From NCBI RefSeq assembly GCF_964204645.1, contig NC_134030.1, forward strand, positions 7,731,122 to 7,795,121: DNA of 64,000 nucleotides, given 5' to 3'. Of the stretch, positions 12,701 through 27,370 are shown in pieces (the stretch's first letter is position 1; the number at the start of each line of letters is the position of its first letter). A program made the translations under genes and the position numbers. The DNA comes from Tubulanus polymorphus (taxonomy: Eukaryota > Animalia > Nemertea). The notes under the pieces were generated by a model. It was not told where the DNA came from, did not search any database, and worked only from the letters and a program-made list of their open reading frames with translations.

Positions 12701-15700
12701 AATATACCAATCCTACAAACCCAATTGATGCCTAGTTCTACTTCCATTAGATAGCAAGTAATGGTTTTGCTTCACACTAGTTGCAATGGATGTTCAATAT
12801 ATCTATCCAAATAGAAGCCAATGATACCTGCGATCACACGAGCCAAATTAGGCAAAGTTTGACTCTGGCCTGATCCGTGCCGATTTGCTCGGGCCAAATT
12901 GTCTCTGTGATCAAGGCTTATGTATTGATAGAGAGTTGTCAACATGTATTTTGACCTCTATCATTAGAAGGAGGTGGTAACTCGTTACTGGATCTGAGAG
13001 CGTTGGTTTCCTTTGAACTCGTATCGATAGGGTCAGCCACTAACCGGCTTCCTGTATCAGGCTGTAGCGTATCCTGTGAGCCTTGATAAGCCAGAGGATG
13101 CTGGTCATAGAGATAAGCAAGGTATGGGATGATATACCTCCATCCCAAACTCATAATTTCAAGGAGGCGGGTGTGTTCTGTGCTTGAATTTGAAATTCCA
13201 ACATGTTACATCACGAGGACCCCATTACTTTTAATCAAATGTTATCACACTCGATGAAATAACATCCGTATTGTAATTAGTTAATTGTTGTTAAGTGCAC
13301 AGAAAATATGCATATAGAAGTGTGTATTCATAAATACAAATATAGGTGGGCATAACTGTGGTGGACTTTCTATAAAAAAGAAATTTGTCATAGGGACGGA
13401 CCCAATAAGTGGCTCTGCTGCCTCAGAGAACGGGGGGAGTCTGTGGGGCCTCCCCTTTAGGATTTTGAAATTTTGATACTTTCAGATGGTTTCTCTTATA
13501 CTTATCTTTGCTTCTACGAATGACACTTTATGTACCGGTATCGATCCAAATCTAGAACCACCCCTCAGATATACGGGGAGTACCCGGCTTGATACCTTCA
13601 TCAATTCTCCTGAAGTTTCTAGACGCCGTTACGCGAGTTGCCGTTTGCGTGAAAACTAATGACGATTTTCCGACGTCTAATTACGCGGTCGGGTTTTGTT
13701 GTTATTGGTCGCAGTCGCGTTATTACGTAGCGACACGATCAGACATTGAACGTGTCAAAATGTTTGCCGATGAAATAAGTCATCATCTTCGAACGGATGA
13801 AAATTACGATCGCGAGAATGTACATAATAACTCGATTCGGTCTGCTCTGCGTAATCCCGTATTCTGTTACGCGCATATTTTGCCGGCGATTTCGTCGACG
13901 CGGCGGCCATTAGCGTTACGTTAATTCGCGCGAACGCCTATTGTCTGTCGGCGGTCGTCTTCCTGCGAGCTGACAATCGCGCGCACACGGTCCCATATCC
14001 GCTCGGCTGATTGAGGAAGTGTAGCCGATCAAAATTCTTCAGTAATTCGTGCCTAAATTCCACCGTGCGTAAGCTGCGCATCATTAGATGATTTTATTCC
14101 GAGCGGCATTTCGTAGCAATTTGTATAATTGTGCGACGAAAGGTGCCGTCTGACTTCAACTGAAAAAACTTCTTAACTGCTTGGAGGATTGAAGGAGAAA
14201 GTTTGTTAAAAGTCTTGTTTTGATCATCTTATAAAATACAGTCATGAGGTTTTAGATCTTTGGGGAGTTATGAATTGTTAGAGTATTTGTCAGGTTAGAC
14301 TACAATATGCACAGTGTTGTAGTTTGTCATGCTTCTGTTTGCTCTAAAATAAGCTGGGTTCACTGAACTACATTAGTTACAACAGTCAAAATTTAGTCCG
14401 TTCTAAATCGTAACACTCTAGTGAAAAGTCTGTTCTAAATTGGTCTGTGCTGTTTTAGAATGGTGCAATATAGGCCAACCAAAAGAGCTGATGCAGGTCC
14501 ATTCTAAATTTTAGGAAGGACCTCTGAGTAGAAAAGTCAAATACAGTGTTGTGTCTAGCTGGGCCAGTGATAGCAGCTGACTACAGTTGCCTGCGGCAAG
14601 TTAAGGGTTAATAGATTTATGAAAGTGCAGCATCGTGACTATAGTTATGAATATCTTTGTATAACTTGATGGATGGTCTGCATATTCAGACTTTTTGACA
14701 ATGTTTCTGCTAGTTTTTCTGCTAGTTTCTCCCTTTTTCAGAGGTCTACCTTGGAATTTTAATCATTTCTTCACATTTAACATTGAATGTATATTACAGC
14801 GACATTTCTGAACCTTAAATGCCTACTGGAAACTGCTGTTTCCCATTTTAACGGGAGAGCTATTGAATTTTACTCCTCGGCAAGTTCATTTATCATTTGA
14901 CTTGACACATACTCTATTAACAAATCTTCTCCATCTAATGATGATCCCGATATTAATGACTTTATAGTAGTAATGCGCTTGCTATGTATGCACTGAGACA
15001 GTCGCTGGCGCTCAGGTATCAATCTGCAGCAAGGGTCCTGCACCAAGCATTAGAACACCAATTTCTATTTCATTTTCATCTGAGACATACTACAAGATTT
15101 AGCTGATAATAAACAAACAAATGAACTGAAACACCACTGGACATCTTCATGAATTGATTGATTTAGATGGTGAATGTAGTTTGAATGGTACAAGATGCTG
15201 CAATGGTACGTGCGCAAGTGCCTGTACCAGAATCTTACTAAAATGATTGTATCGATGTTGATCCATGACATCAGCAATTTTCTTTTTACCTGAAGATATA
15301 CCAGAATTGAAAGCTTTCTTCGCGCTGTGCATAATATAAGAATTTATTTTGAGAATTCCAAAAACTTTTTCGGGAGCGGGAGTCCAGGATTTTCAAAGAG
15401 GGACTGTTCTGGTCATCCCCTAGAAATATTTGAAAAATTTGTTTTTCACGCATTCTGAGCATTTTAAGGGAGCACTGCTTGATCTCACATCTCATATTAG
15501 TCAGAATGTACTGTGTGCTTTGAAATTTAGCATTGAAAAACTGGAAGTACATCATACAAAGGAAATTTTCCAATGGGGGTGCCCTTGCACCCTAAGCACC
15601 CCCTAGATCCGTGCTGTTTTTGAATTGAACAGTCCTTGAAATATCGATGCTGGGATTAAATTGATAATACTGTGTTTAGTTTTGTTCATACAAGCCGAGA

Positions 15701-16840
15701 TGTGACGTTCTGATGTTTGTATGATTTGTGTCGTTTGGCTCTCTCCCTCGTCGTCCGAGTTGAGCGCCAGCGAGCGACATTGTTAGTTTTAGCTATCTCA
15801 TATTCTGCAGGTCGATATCTCGCCCGGGTAGCGTATTACCTTTGCATGACGGCTGTATGATTTAAACCGGCGAATAACGGTCATAAACTGCGCTACACAA
15901 TCCTTCCTATTGATCCGGCGAACAGATAAAACGTCCCCGAAGAAATTAACTCGTTCCCCGAAGCAGGTATTTTAAATGTTTGTGTTTTTAGCGCGACCGG
16001 TCCCGGCGCGGCGCGCTCCGTCGTCTTCGCGCCGTACGTGAAACGGCGCAGATAAGCGCGCGCTTGTTATTTCGGGCCGGCGACGAACGAAAGTCATCTT
16101 CTTCGCCGCGGAAAAATGGCAATTACTTTGCGGCGTAGATCGGTGGGCGGATAACGATCGCATCGACGTCGGGCTGGTTTATAGGGACTCGACGTCGAAT
16201 TGCTGCCAATTACGTCTGCCCGATCTCGCGAGGCCGGCTAAGGCGCCCTCTGGGGGCTGGTACTTGACTACCTATTAACGTGAAGTCGACTAGAAATTGC
16301 TAGTTTTATATTGTATTTACAGTATTCACCGCGGAATTTGACCAATTACATTGCATTTATATTAGTCGATTGAATCGCGCGGCACATTTATCGATTGGCT
16401 CCTGCAGTAAATTGATTTCGATGAAGAAGTCTTGCTTCGTGTACTTTTTCATAGAATGTTTAGTTTTTAATCGTGATTTAGAAATTCTGACCCGAAAGTC
16501 CTCTCATTTCATGTTTTTTTTTTGTTCGGATATGGAAATTCTGGCCGGCGAGTTTGAAAAAAAGCTGTGTCATTTTATGCTCTTTTTTGTCTTGATTTGG
16601 AAATTCTAGCCTGAATTTGGACAGAATTCGTGTAACTTTTTCTCTAGAGGCAGTCGAACCATTCTGCCATCTGTTTTAACAATATAAGGACGACCAAAAT
16701 AAAAAATAAAAAATCAATTACAAACTCAAGGCCAGGCGTTGAATCACCTTGCCAGCCATTGTAGATGATGTCTGTTTTTGAGTTCATCGCAAAAAAACGT
16801 TCACGATGCATATGTTGAGCTTCTCAGCTTTCCAACACTG

Positions 16841-16844
<4 letters not shown>

Positions 16845-16908
<64 letters not shown>
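16845..16908. repeat. (TA)32 microsatellite
   Basis: Direct read. Confidence 0.98.
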
Positions 16909-16913
<5 letters not shown>

Positions 16914-17673
16914 TTCAGGTAACGAAAATAATTGAATTCAGAAGCTCCTCTGATGAAAAAAAAAACTGATGTCGCTACAATTTTCATCGAAAATTTCCGT
17001 GTAAGGACCGTGTTACAATCGGAAAACTTTTGTGGCGAAAAACGTGTAAACGCGCGATATCATATTGCGTCTTGCTCGTCGACGATTGGCCCGCGGTCAT
17101 AAACGTCGTCGTCGTTCGCCCGACTTTCGCTGAGGTACGAAACGAAACGTGCTTCTCATTTCCTGTTGCCGATGTCTTTAACTGAAGGTGTCGACGAACG
17201 TCGGACGGATATTGATTTATTTTTCGATCTTCGACGAATTTCTCGCCCGTCATCTCTCTCTTGAAGAAGATCAGACGGACGCGCGCGCCCGGAAAGTTTG
17301 GATCGAGGCGATTTTCGGCGCGCGATATTCTCACCGAAGTAAACATTAATAAACCAAACACGTCGCGAAACATCAACGTTCCGTTCTTTTGATTATCTGT
17401 TACCGTTTTCGTCGCGTGTAAAAACGCTTTCGTTCGAAGTGAAACAATTTCGTGTTCTGCCAGTCGGCGTGTTTAACAACTACACTTCAATGAAGTTACG
17501 GGGAGAGATGAACAATCAGTTGGAAATATCGCAGAACAAAGATTTGCCAGTAATATGTAGCCGTTACACGATTTTCACAATTCACTTTCTCTTTCGTTTT
17601 TTAGACTAATAACGCAGTACAGACTTTTTCCAGAAAAAAATATGCTCACCTGACCAGTATTGCTTCACTATTT

Positions 17674-17909
17674 CAGGGTGGCTACTTACCTGGAAATCGG
17701 GGAATAGTCGGGGAATTTTGTAAAAAACCTTAAAGTCGAGGAAAGATCCTGAGTAGGCTAGATCGCAAAAATCATAAAGTTTCCGTCTATATCTTACCTA
17801 CGAGCAATATTGCTTGTAGTTCTTACATGATTTGATTCCTAGCAGATCAAGGCAGGGAAACAATGTGCATGTTAGGGAAAAAGCAAGTCAAATAAAAGTG
17901 GCCACCCTG
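17674..17909. mobile_element. MITE with CAGGGTGGC(T/C)ACTT TIRs
   Basis: CAGGGTGGCTACTT ... AAGTGGCCACCCTG; no clear target duplication. Confidence 0.7.
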
Positions 17910-18973
17910 TTGAAGTGCGGATGTTTTCAAGAAAAGAAAATGGTTTCACCCCTGACCAGTATCTTAACTGTTTGTAAGTAATACCACCCTTTTTCGGTTG
18001 CCTACTCTATCCTTGAACCGTCCCCGGACCTGAAAATGAGACATTTAGAAGTGTAGCTTTAAAAAAAAAATGGTGGACTCGACTGTAATTCTTATTCCGC
18101 AATAAACAATTGCTATCACTGTCGCTCATCGGTTTTTACAACAGTTGTGAATATTTGCTGATTCGGCAGTCGGTATCTGATCGTCGTTGTGATCGTCGTT
18201 GCGCGATCCGGTGTCTAATCCGACAGTGAAATTAACCGGGTATCGTTTCGCGTCCGGTGATTCAGACGACCCAGCTTTAAAAATCGACGTTAATGAACAA
18301 TTTGACGCGGCGTCGACGGCGACGACGACTGCAATCGCCGGGTATCTATCCATTGTATACGATGAGGGGCTGATTCACCGAGCCGAGACCGTCCATCAGT
18401 CCGACCACGATAACCGATCTTAACTTCTGAAACGGACCGCTTTACGCCATTCGTCAAAAACGATGACGACACCGTGCTATCAATTACTGCGCAAGCGTGC
18501 GAGATTTTTCGACGGGGAAAAGTTTTCGACTCGAAAGGGACTAGATTTATGAATTTCTGATTGTGAATTATAAGCCCCTGTCGGCCAGTAATCGTGCAAA
18601 ACCTTCACTACGGGATTTGCGACAGCAACAGAGGTTTTAGCCCAATTGACTCATCTGCCGTTTGAAGAAGTAAGTATCGGCTTCTTCTCTAAACTCACTT
18701 ATCAAAAAGTAGTAGCGCACGCTGATTAGCTGCGTCATTGCTTCACCCGACTTATCGAGTCAAGTAGCGGATTAAGAAAACATTTATAGGAATATGAATT
18801 TTGCTAAGATCATTATTCTTACTCGATCGGAGACCTAATACCCTTCGAGTTACCTAACACCCCTGGGGCCGGTTCTATGAACTGGTGCTAACTTTTGAAT
18901 TCATTTTCAATTGAGTCGATATCCCAGTTTAAAGATGATACCAGTCTATAGAAACAACTCCCCATTCCACAGT

Positions 18974-19140
18974 TTAGCAGTGATCACATAGAGACAATTT
19001 GGCCCGAGCAAAATTGGCACAGATCAGGCCCGGGTCGGCTCGGCCTGGTCCGACGTTTTTGGTCAGGCTAATAATTTGGCCCAGGCCAAACAGGGGCGGG
19101 CCCATTTGGTACCTGTGTAAACAGTAACCCCAGGCAAAAA
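18974..19140. repeat. Repeat family A copy
   Basis: Shares GGCTCGGCCTGGTCCGACGTTTTTGGT with the 9624 copy; its start is the reverse complement of the 12829-12920 copy. Confidence 0.75.
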
Positions 19141-22100
19141 ATGCTCCAGTTTACCTAACATCACCAAGTCAAGTTTTATGAACTGGGCTCACTTTCGTTA
19201 TGATAAATAGCTGAAATTTTGGGAAAGGAATTGAATTATTAGTAAGACTCAACCAATCTTTATACACTGTCAAACATCAGTCCTTGTGAGTTATCTATCC
19301 CCTAATGCGGTTTAATTAACATTTTGACCGAAATTTTGGAAACGTCGGATTCACGATGATCAAAGCTGATTTCATTCGATATCGGTAACTGATTCACGAC
19401 TGAAGACGGACGTTAGTAGATACCATCGCGCGTATATATGCGTACATGTATATTCTAAGTTTCTAATTTATTGAAGAGAAGTACGGGGCACACTTTCGCT
19501 CGAACTCGATTAAATTTGACTCGGCGCGAAGGTACTTGTAAGTTATCAGTGTAAATACTCGCTGCTGAAATTAATATGCGCGCGTATCGCAAACGATGAG
19601 TACTTGGTGCACACTTGATTCCTGACAAAACTAATGGCAGTTTTATGCGGCGTGCGCCCGCGCGCGCTGCGGCGCTAGGTGGTTTTTAGGTCGGTTGTTC
19701 TCCGCAGAAGTGTTATAGTACCTGTTAATACCGCGGTGGTTTTTATTGTTACTTGATTCGAGCATCGATTTCCGAGTTATCAGATCGGTGAAAATCTCTC
19801 GAACACGCAGCGTGTCCGACATATGTCGCCCGCCGCCAACTGTCCCCCTGTAACTGATTTTAACTCGCTTTGCTGATAAACTCTTAGTACGCCATATATA
19901 ATTGGTATTGTTCGCAACTGTCTATGAAATCGTAGTCAGACCTGTTAGTTGATCAGATATCAGTTCGTTTGATGACTTTGATTTCGAGTAACCGCGGTAC
20001 TGATTCAGAGGAGTCGTTGATATATGCAATTTTTCTCTGGATTCAGTGAGTTCGAAGTCGAATTTCTGACTTCTGGATTTATTTCCGCAGCTGTCGGATG
20101 AATTCGACTCCGGAGTCGGTTGATTTGCGATATTGGCCTTAAATTTCAGCCCTCATTTTGCGTTACGGGGTTCGTGTTGGGTATATATAGACTTTTTCCG
20201 GGAGAAGATAGATACACAAATCTCGAAGCTCGTAAAATAACGCGATTGTGTCATTGAGTTCGAAGTAACGGCAGCCAATAAACATCGCTTATCGGAAATA
20301 GATCTCTGTGTATTATGTATATCAGTGCGCAGGTATAGCAGCTAACCGGAATTGTCTTCGGATGCGTCACTCTCGGAGTATCAACGACAACGATTGAGAG
20401 ATCGCCCTATCGATAGGTTTGATGGGAGCATCAAACGTCCACCGGGAATACCGTTTATAATTAACTAAGTTACACAGTGCAAATCTTCTATAATAACTTC
20501 GATATCAATGCAATTTATAAATGGCGTGCGCGCTTAACTTCGCCGTGTGAGTCGTCGTCAGCCGATGAAATTCATACCGACGAATAACAATTTGTAGATA
20601 TCTCATCAGTCGATACCTGAATTTCATATACCCAATATTGATATTTTTCGCTGAAATCGACTATTATAGCTGCACATAGGCCCTCTAGAATACTTATGAA
20701 TTATCATTCTTGTCGGAAGAAATCTAATTGTGGCTCACTGAGGTTAGTCCCACTTTCAAAGACTGGACCGGTTGTTGAGCCTGATATGGTTCAATCAAGG
20801 GTGCTGGCGCGGATCATGGGGGACTTATGAGACTTGTACATCAAATTTTTCTGAGTGTCCTTTTTCATTTTGTCAACAAAGACAATTGATTCATTTCAGT
20901 GCGCCTAATATTGCCTCTTTGGACATCGAAGTCCCTTTAATGACTTGACAAATCTTTCCAACAAAGTTATCCCCTTTGTGTGGAAGTACACCTAAAATCG
21001 CTTTTTTGGACATCAAATAATCATTTTGGGAGGTGTGACAAGTCCTTCAAAATTCACCTTACATTGCCTTTTTGAACATTTTAAGTGCCCTTTTGGGCAA
21101 GTCCTTCAAAATTCGCCACTGGATCCACTCCTTCTACTTAAAGCATGTTGCCATTTCCAATATGGCCGCCGCATTATACAAAACCTCGCGAAGATCAGTA
21201 ACATTTCAAAATTCTGAGGTCGCTTTGTCCCGTACCGGATCAATGACTTAAGTCTGGCTCGGTTATGAGTATGTATGTATAATAAGTGCGTTCCGCTGTT
21301 TGGTAAATTGCTTGCGTCTGCGTTCATACGTGCACTATTCAGGTATATAAAGCTGTCAGAACGTGTTAAGCCAGCGTTGATCTTCCTTTCACATTTCATA
21401 ACGCGATATATCCATACAATTATGCATGGAGAAATCCGGCGTTAATTAGAATTCTATCCGTGGCCGACACTTCAGGTACAGGAGCTATAAACTGTCACAG
21501 CGATTCATCATATACAGTCGACCCATCTCACTCTGTCTCTTCACGCTCTCAGGCATTCAGGTGATCTGAATACCGGCTACTCTATCATTGTACGTGTACA
21601 TGTTATATATCCGCAAAAGATACCGTATAGATGCTGGAGGGCAATGATGATGTTACTTCAACTGTCGACTACAATTCCCAAAATACCAAATAACAACTCT
21701 CGGTTTCTGTTGTAACGCATCCGAATGAGAACTGATTGAATATTCGCGATGGAAGTTTCCAACGAAATTTGAAATGTCTTATCTCGCTTAGATTATCCTT
21801 GTTCCATACAACAATAGTGTATCGATTATTCTGGTAATGATACCTACAGAGAGCAAGTATATGTAAAAAGAAGTAAGAATTAGGAATTTGTTAGAACCGC
21901 TATCATCTTCTTAAAGCGGAATCCCTTGCATTAAGCGGTAATCCGATTTTCGTTTTAATATCTTTTATCTCTTATGTTTAAAACATTTACAGTTCAAATA
22001 ATGGGGCAGTTCCTCAATGAAGAATATTTTCAACTTTTTAGTGTCGATAGTGATTTTTATGGTTTTTCGTCACGTCTACTTTTAAGCCATTCGGCTGCGA

Positions 22101-22458
22101 AAGTCGTTCCTTCTTCTTTTACGTAACGAAATCTTCCACGATGGTAACTCTATCCGAACCGAAACGACTGGAAAGACGACAACGGTGAAATTTCTAATAC
22201 GATTACCGATTGGCGTTCACCTGGGAAATATTGGGTTTAGTTTTGTTACGGTCGAAATGGTAACGTAAAACTTTGTGCGTTATGTAAAAAAAAAACTACC
22301 CGAGGCGTTGAGCGCGAATTAGTGTTGTTATTTTTTTCTCGAGTGATTCTGTTATCAGTGCAGTACGGTAAATTGACATGTAGTCGCGACCCGAGATGTA
22401 ATTTTCACACAAAACTTTGATTCGAATTGCAAAGATTTCTTGAAGAATTTTTTAACCC

Positions 22459-22590
22459 GGGGCCGGTTCCATAGTGAGGGCTTAGACTTAAGACCGTTCT
22501 AAGACCAACTTAGTTCTGCAGCCAATCTATCAACCAGTCATAAGATTTAAGACCACTTTCGGTCTAAAGTCTTGACTATGGAAACGGCCC
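22459..22590. mobile_element. GGGCC-terminal MITE (inverted relative at 38650-38798)
   Basis: GGGCCGGTTCCATAGT ... ACTATGGAAACGGCCC TIRs; shared internal TTAAGACC repeats. Confidence 0.8.
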
Positions 22591-24173
22591 GAGGTTTCAT
22601 TGAGGAGTACAATTTGACAGCCCAATCGAAGAACCTAAAATGGTCGTAATGAAGATATAGTTTATCTAATAGTTTATTGTGTTTTTATTTTAAACTCACT
22701 ATGATTGGCTCATAGATGAGTAATTCTAGCGTACCAACCAATGAGAACTAGGAATACAACAGCGGTTCTGACTCCCTCGGGATGTCTACCTGCCTCATAG
22801 TGCCGTAGAGATGGTTTATTCTCCCTATGATATCATGATATTGCCTACTGGGTATTGGTTCTCTTCAGCCATGTTTAATCGATGAGATATATCGAATTAA
22901 TGGTAGGCAGTTTGATGATGTCTCAGGGGATTTAAAAGGTAGCTGTCTTTGCAGAAGGCTTCGTATTTTCTGGCCAACGTGGAAGAAGCGGTCGATTTTT
23001 AATTTTTCATAAAGCGTTACGTCATCCTTGAATACGTACTTTGTTTCGATAATCTTCATTGAAATCGTTGATAATCAATGTTGACGCGATAAGATAAATT
23101 CATTTATTTGTGTCCGATGATGAAGTTATATGCCGCGCGCGCACGTCTGCAACATCGAATCTGAAGTCGACTTGGACTGAGGTATCGTACACGTATATCC
23201 GTGCGCTTCGTAGATCATATAATAAGACATCACCTATGCAAATTTATAATGAAATTTCGTCTTGGATGCGCCTGTGTCAATGCGTATTATTAGGCAAACA
23301 TAGTTAGTTTGATGAAATCATAACGATATGAGCATGACGCTATTGTCTGCCGTCTCGATACGAGGACGCGTCTCTCTCCCCGCGCTCAAATACGCCGACT
23401 TAATGAAGAAGATACATTAATAAGACTGTCGGCCATTGTCCCCGGATCTATCAACGTAATCGAACGTTTCCACTTTCTTTATGTTTCTTGCTACTCGGCG
23501 AAATGATATTTACACTGCGCGCGAATTCGGCGCGTTCGCCGCCGCCGCACAGCTCGGCCGATGACGACGGCGACGTCGACGCTGCGATGTCGTAAGCTAG
23601 GTAGATGAATTATGAAAGTGATTTACTTCGACAGTCGTTCGTCCGACAATGGTCGGTACACACACGAACCTACAGTTTCGTTTGGTCGCGTACACATCCG
23701 CGACTCTTCTATTCCTGGCTTCCACCGACGAGAGAGTAAATTTACAGTCCTCGGTCATCTCGTTTGTCATAATCCGACACGACATAAAGAAACCCGGCCT
23801 CGACGGTAAACTAGAACCGGTCTTATTTGCGAAAAAAATGTCTTTCGAGCTCGTCGAATGAGACCTTTGGTGACATTACGAAATGATCTAAGGAGGTTAC
23901 TACGTATGAATGTTTTCATAAGACGCAGGGAAACACGGAAACAGGAGGCAGAAATTATATTTCTGGGCATTTCGGAGTGTTGTTCGTTTATGAGAAACAT
24001 GGTTCTAAGAAACAAAAGTTTCCGAGGTGAAAAATGTTTGATTCTGTGTTTTTCTGTTTCCCTGCGTTGTATGATGCATTGAAGTGTTTTTGTTACATTT
24101 AGATTTCGAGAGGAGTTATCATCGATCTTGGGTAGAGAGTTCAAGTATCCGAATAACCATAGAAGCGATAAAA

Positions 24174-24226
24174 ATAAAAACCTCATTTTCTAATGAGTAA
24201 TAATCATTAGAAAATGAGGTTTTTAT
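24174..24226. repeat. Perfect 23-bp inverted repeat with 7-nt spacer
   Basis: ATAAAAACCTCATTTTCTAATGA-GTAATAA-TCATTAGAAAATGAGGTTTTTAT. Confidence 0.95.
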
Positions 24227-26649
24227 AGTTATCATCGACGTCACATGATTTTCAATTTTTCAAAACAAGAAACAATATCGTTCTTAACGTCTTATCCTTT
24301 TGAACACTGGGCGCCGGAAAAAAAAAACTAAAAGATGAGGCATCACTCGGATGGCATGTGAAACAGGCAGGTGAACGCGTTAATTAAAAGGTCTGCGGTC
24401 ACATCTTCGTCATTCCGATAACAATTAAAATAATCATCGTTTGAGTGGTGCCGCGGGAGATACCATCTCGAGTCACCCGAGCTGCGACCAGCGTGAAGAG
24501 ACGCCGTCGTCGTCGTGTAATTGCAAAACTGCGTAATTCCCACACAAAATATCCGGCTACGAAATCATCGCCATCCAGAACTGGAGGGTTTTTCGTGTGT
24601 CTATTAATTACACCTCTATGAGATGATATTTTGTTGTTGGGCGAATGTTTTGATTAACCTCGCTTCCCCGATCGAAGCCCCCTGAACCGAGTGAGCTGAG
24701 TAATTTTTCATTAACCTATTTCTGATGAACGACCCGATGTAACTGTCCGTCATGATGATTGCGGGGCTTCTTATTGTGGTAAAATCGAATTGCCCTGAAA
24801 ATCAGATAAAAGCTGCGATCACGTGAACGTTTTTGGCCCGGGCCAACCGTTCTCGCCGATGCCCAACGGGCCCGTGCTCAATCAACCCAGGGCCAAATTT
24901 GGTCCGACCAGCCCAGTGCCAAATTTAAGCAAAGGTCAGATCATTGCGTTTGAATGCTTACTGGTCCAGGAAGTGACTTGTTAGGCTATGTCGAAGCGTT
25001 ATTAAAAGTATTTAGTGTTTTGCGTGTGTAAGCGCTCTGTAACAGGACAAATTTGTTGCTGGTCTGATAACGGGCCCATGTTATAAACAAGAGTAACTGT
25101 GATTTATTGCTACTACCGCATTTGTACACTTGACAATGGAGTACTGCAGTGGTCTCTAGCCCTTATATTACTTGGGTTCAACAAGTACACTTCACACAGT
25201 AACAATGTGTAACAATGATACTTCCTGTCTGGTCTCCATTTCGCTGCCGCGATATATGAATCCTCATATGGATGAATGACAATCATTAAACGGTTGGATG
25301 ATGTATTCCCTATTCAGAAATGACAAAAAACAAAGGAAGTTTTTATGAACACGCTGTTAGACAACTGACTCCTGACTCATTTAGTGCGATGATGCCACCA
25401 TATATTTAAAAGTTTTTTTTTTTTTTCTACTCGAAAAAAGTCAATGGACTTACTTACTAATTCCATTTAGGGAAACTGGTGGTTGATGAGCCATCAGAGA
25501 CGGGCGAAATTGTATCAAAAGTATAATTTCATGGTTTACACTCTGACGCAGCTGACGGGAGAAATTCCGTAGTACAACTGGAATGATTTTTCATTTGTAA
25601 TGAATATAACGACGTAATGGAGTTGAAAAACGATTTAGACTCATGTGATGTAACGTATTAATGGTTTTATTCGCGCTGAATACGTGATTAGCCAATTCAT
25701 CGGAACGTCCTCTGAGGTTATCTCCGGTTTTTCCGAACCGATTCTCATTCCCCTACGTGCTGCTTTTCTAATAGTTTTGGTCCATTTGCCTCGGCTTATT
25801 TATATCAAGGTGCACTTATTGTTTATGCGCGTATGTAGAAAATTACATCTGAAAAGAGTTTTGTGAATAGGAAAATGAAAACCGATTTAAAATAGGTGAA
25901 TAAAATCAGGATGATGTTGGTGTTCAAAGGACTTTAGTTTGAATGTCATCAGATTTCTTGCGTAGTTCACAACTTCTGATTGTCCCCTCGAAACTCATTG
26001 ATATCTACTATCAATATCGCTCGTTGATAAGTTTATCAAAAGACAGTGGAAAATATGATTATTTTTTTTTTTAAATCAGGCACACAATATACATGGATGC
26101 TGCTGGTGGCAATGAAGGTACCTTACACTAAACTGACTGAGTTTTCAAAGACAGAATTTCATCCAATCTGCTCGGCCCAGGGTGGATAATGTTATGAATT
26201 CATAAATTTGCAATTATGACATGATGAATAAGTGTTGAACGATCGAATAAACGCGCGCCGGGCGAACTTAACGCAGTGGCTGTCGCGGCGCTCACGACAA
26301 ATTACTGACGTTTTCGTATCGGTCGAGGTCGTAATTTCGTTCTCGGCATAATTAACGGGAAACGATGAGGTAACACTTGGTGAAATGCACAGAGCTACAG
26401 CCTTCAGGCCCTTCATAGTTCGTCTTGGTATTTTGTAAGAGAAATCATCATAGTAATGTATTATATTAACATCATTATATATATTAATAATGTTATTATG
26501 ATATGTAATTATACTCAATGTAAATGAATCAATCAATCAAAAAAATGTGAGCGGTGGCAAAGATTGAGCCCTGGTATAAAACAAGGCCTGTCCTAGAGAA
26601 GATGGACATAAACCATGAGCTAGATCCACGAGCACATGGAGATGATTTG

Positions 26650-26892
26650 GCTTGCGGTCAAACTGGCCCAGACAGACCCAAATGTGCTTATTGGGAGAGC
26701 ACTTTCACAGATATCACTCACTTATAAGTATAATCTATCAAAACAATGCTGCGCGAGTGAGGTGAGTCACTTCACGAACCAGTTAGCTTTCGCTGGGATT
26801 GATTTGAACCGTGCTAGAGTTACGGGCTTAGTGCGACCAAGTCCGGCTCCTGTCAACCCAAGGTTCCATAATGCTTGTGCGATTGCAGCTTG
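26650..26892. repeat. Repeat family A copy (uninterrupted)
   Basis: Collinear with 32915-33003 plus 33333-33543. Confidence 0.7.
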
Positions 26893-27133
26893 GACGTCGA
26901 TCCTTCGAGAGAAAAATCTGAATGATTACTCAAAAATAAAACTAAGTTTTGCTATCGGTTGCTCAACTGTACCTAGATCTATGACGCAAGCATATGTAAT
27001 AAGAAGTTGCAAAGATGGCTTATAGATCTACATACACATTACAATATGATGTATAGTTGTCACTATTGAATTTCAAAGAAAGAGGACTTCAACTACGAAA
27101 AACGTTTAAGTTAGTAATATAGATATATACGCT

Positions 27134-27370
27134 TAAAGCTGGGCATAGGTCGGCCTTGCGACTGTCAGCGACTCCAGCGACCACCAGCAACGATCGCGTC
27201 ACACTTGTTCCCCTTTCTGTTATCTGATGCGACCATCTTCTCTTGTTGTAACTTAGCTAGGCTGCCCTTGCTACATACACATACACAAGTCGCATACTTT
27301 CACAATAGCCCTAAACACTGATTTGCGACCTGTAGCAACTAATCGTGTCACAAGTTGACCTACGCCTAAA
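27134..27370. mobile_element. Degenerate TIR element (inverted relative ~34700-35085)
   Basis: GGCATAGGTC ... GACCTACGCC ends; internal GCGAC repeats shared in inverse orientation with 34830-35085. Confidence 0.55.

Noticed and set aside
16778-16987. ORFs with YIYIYI runs
   Set aside because: Translation of the (TA)32 microsatellite.
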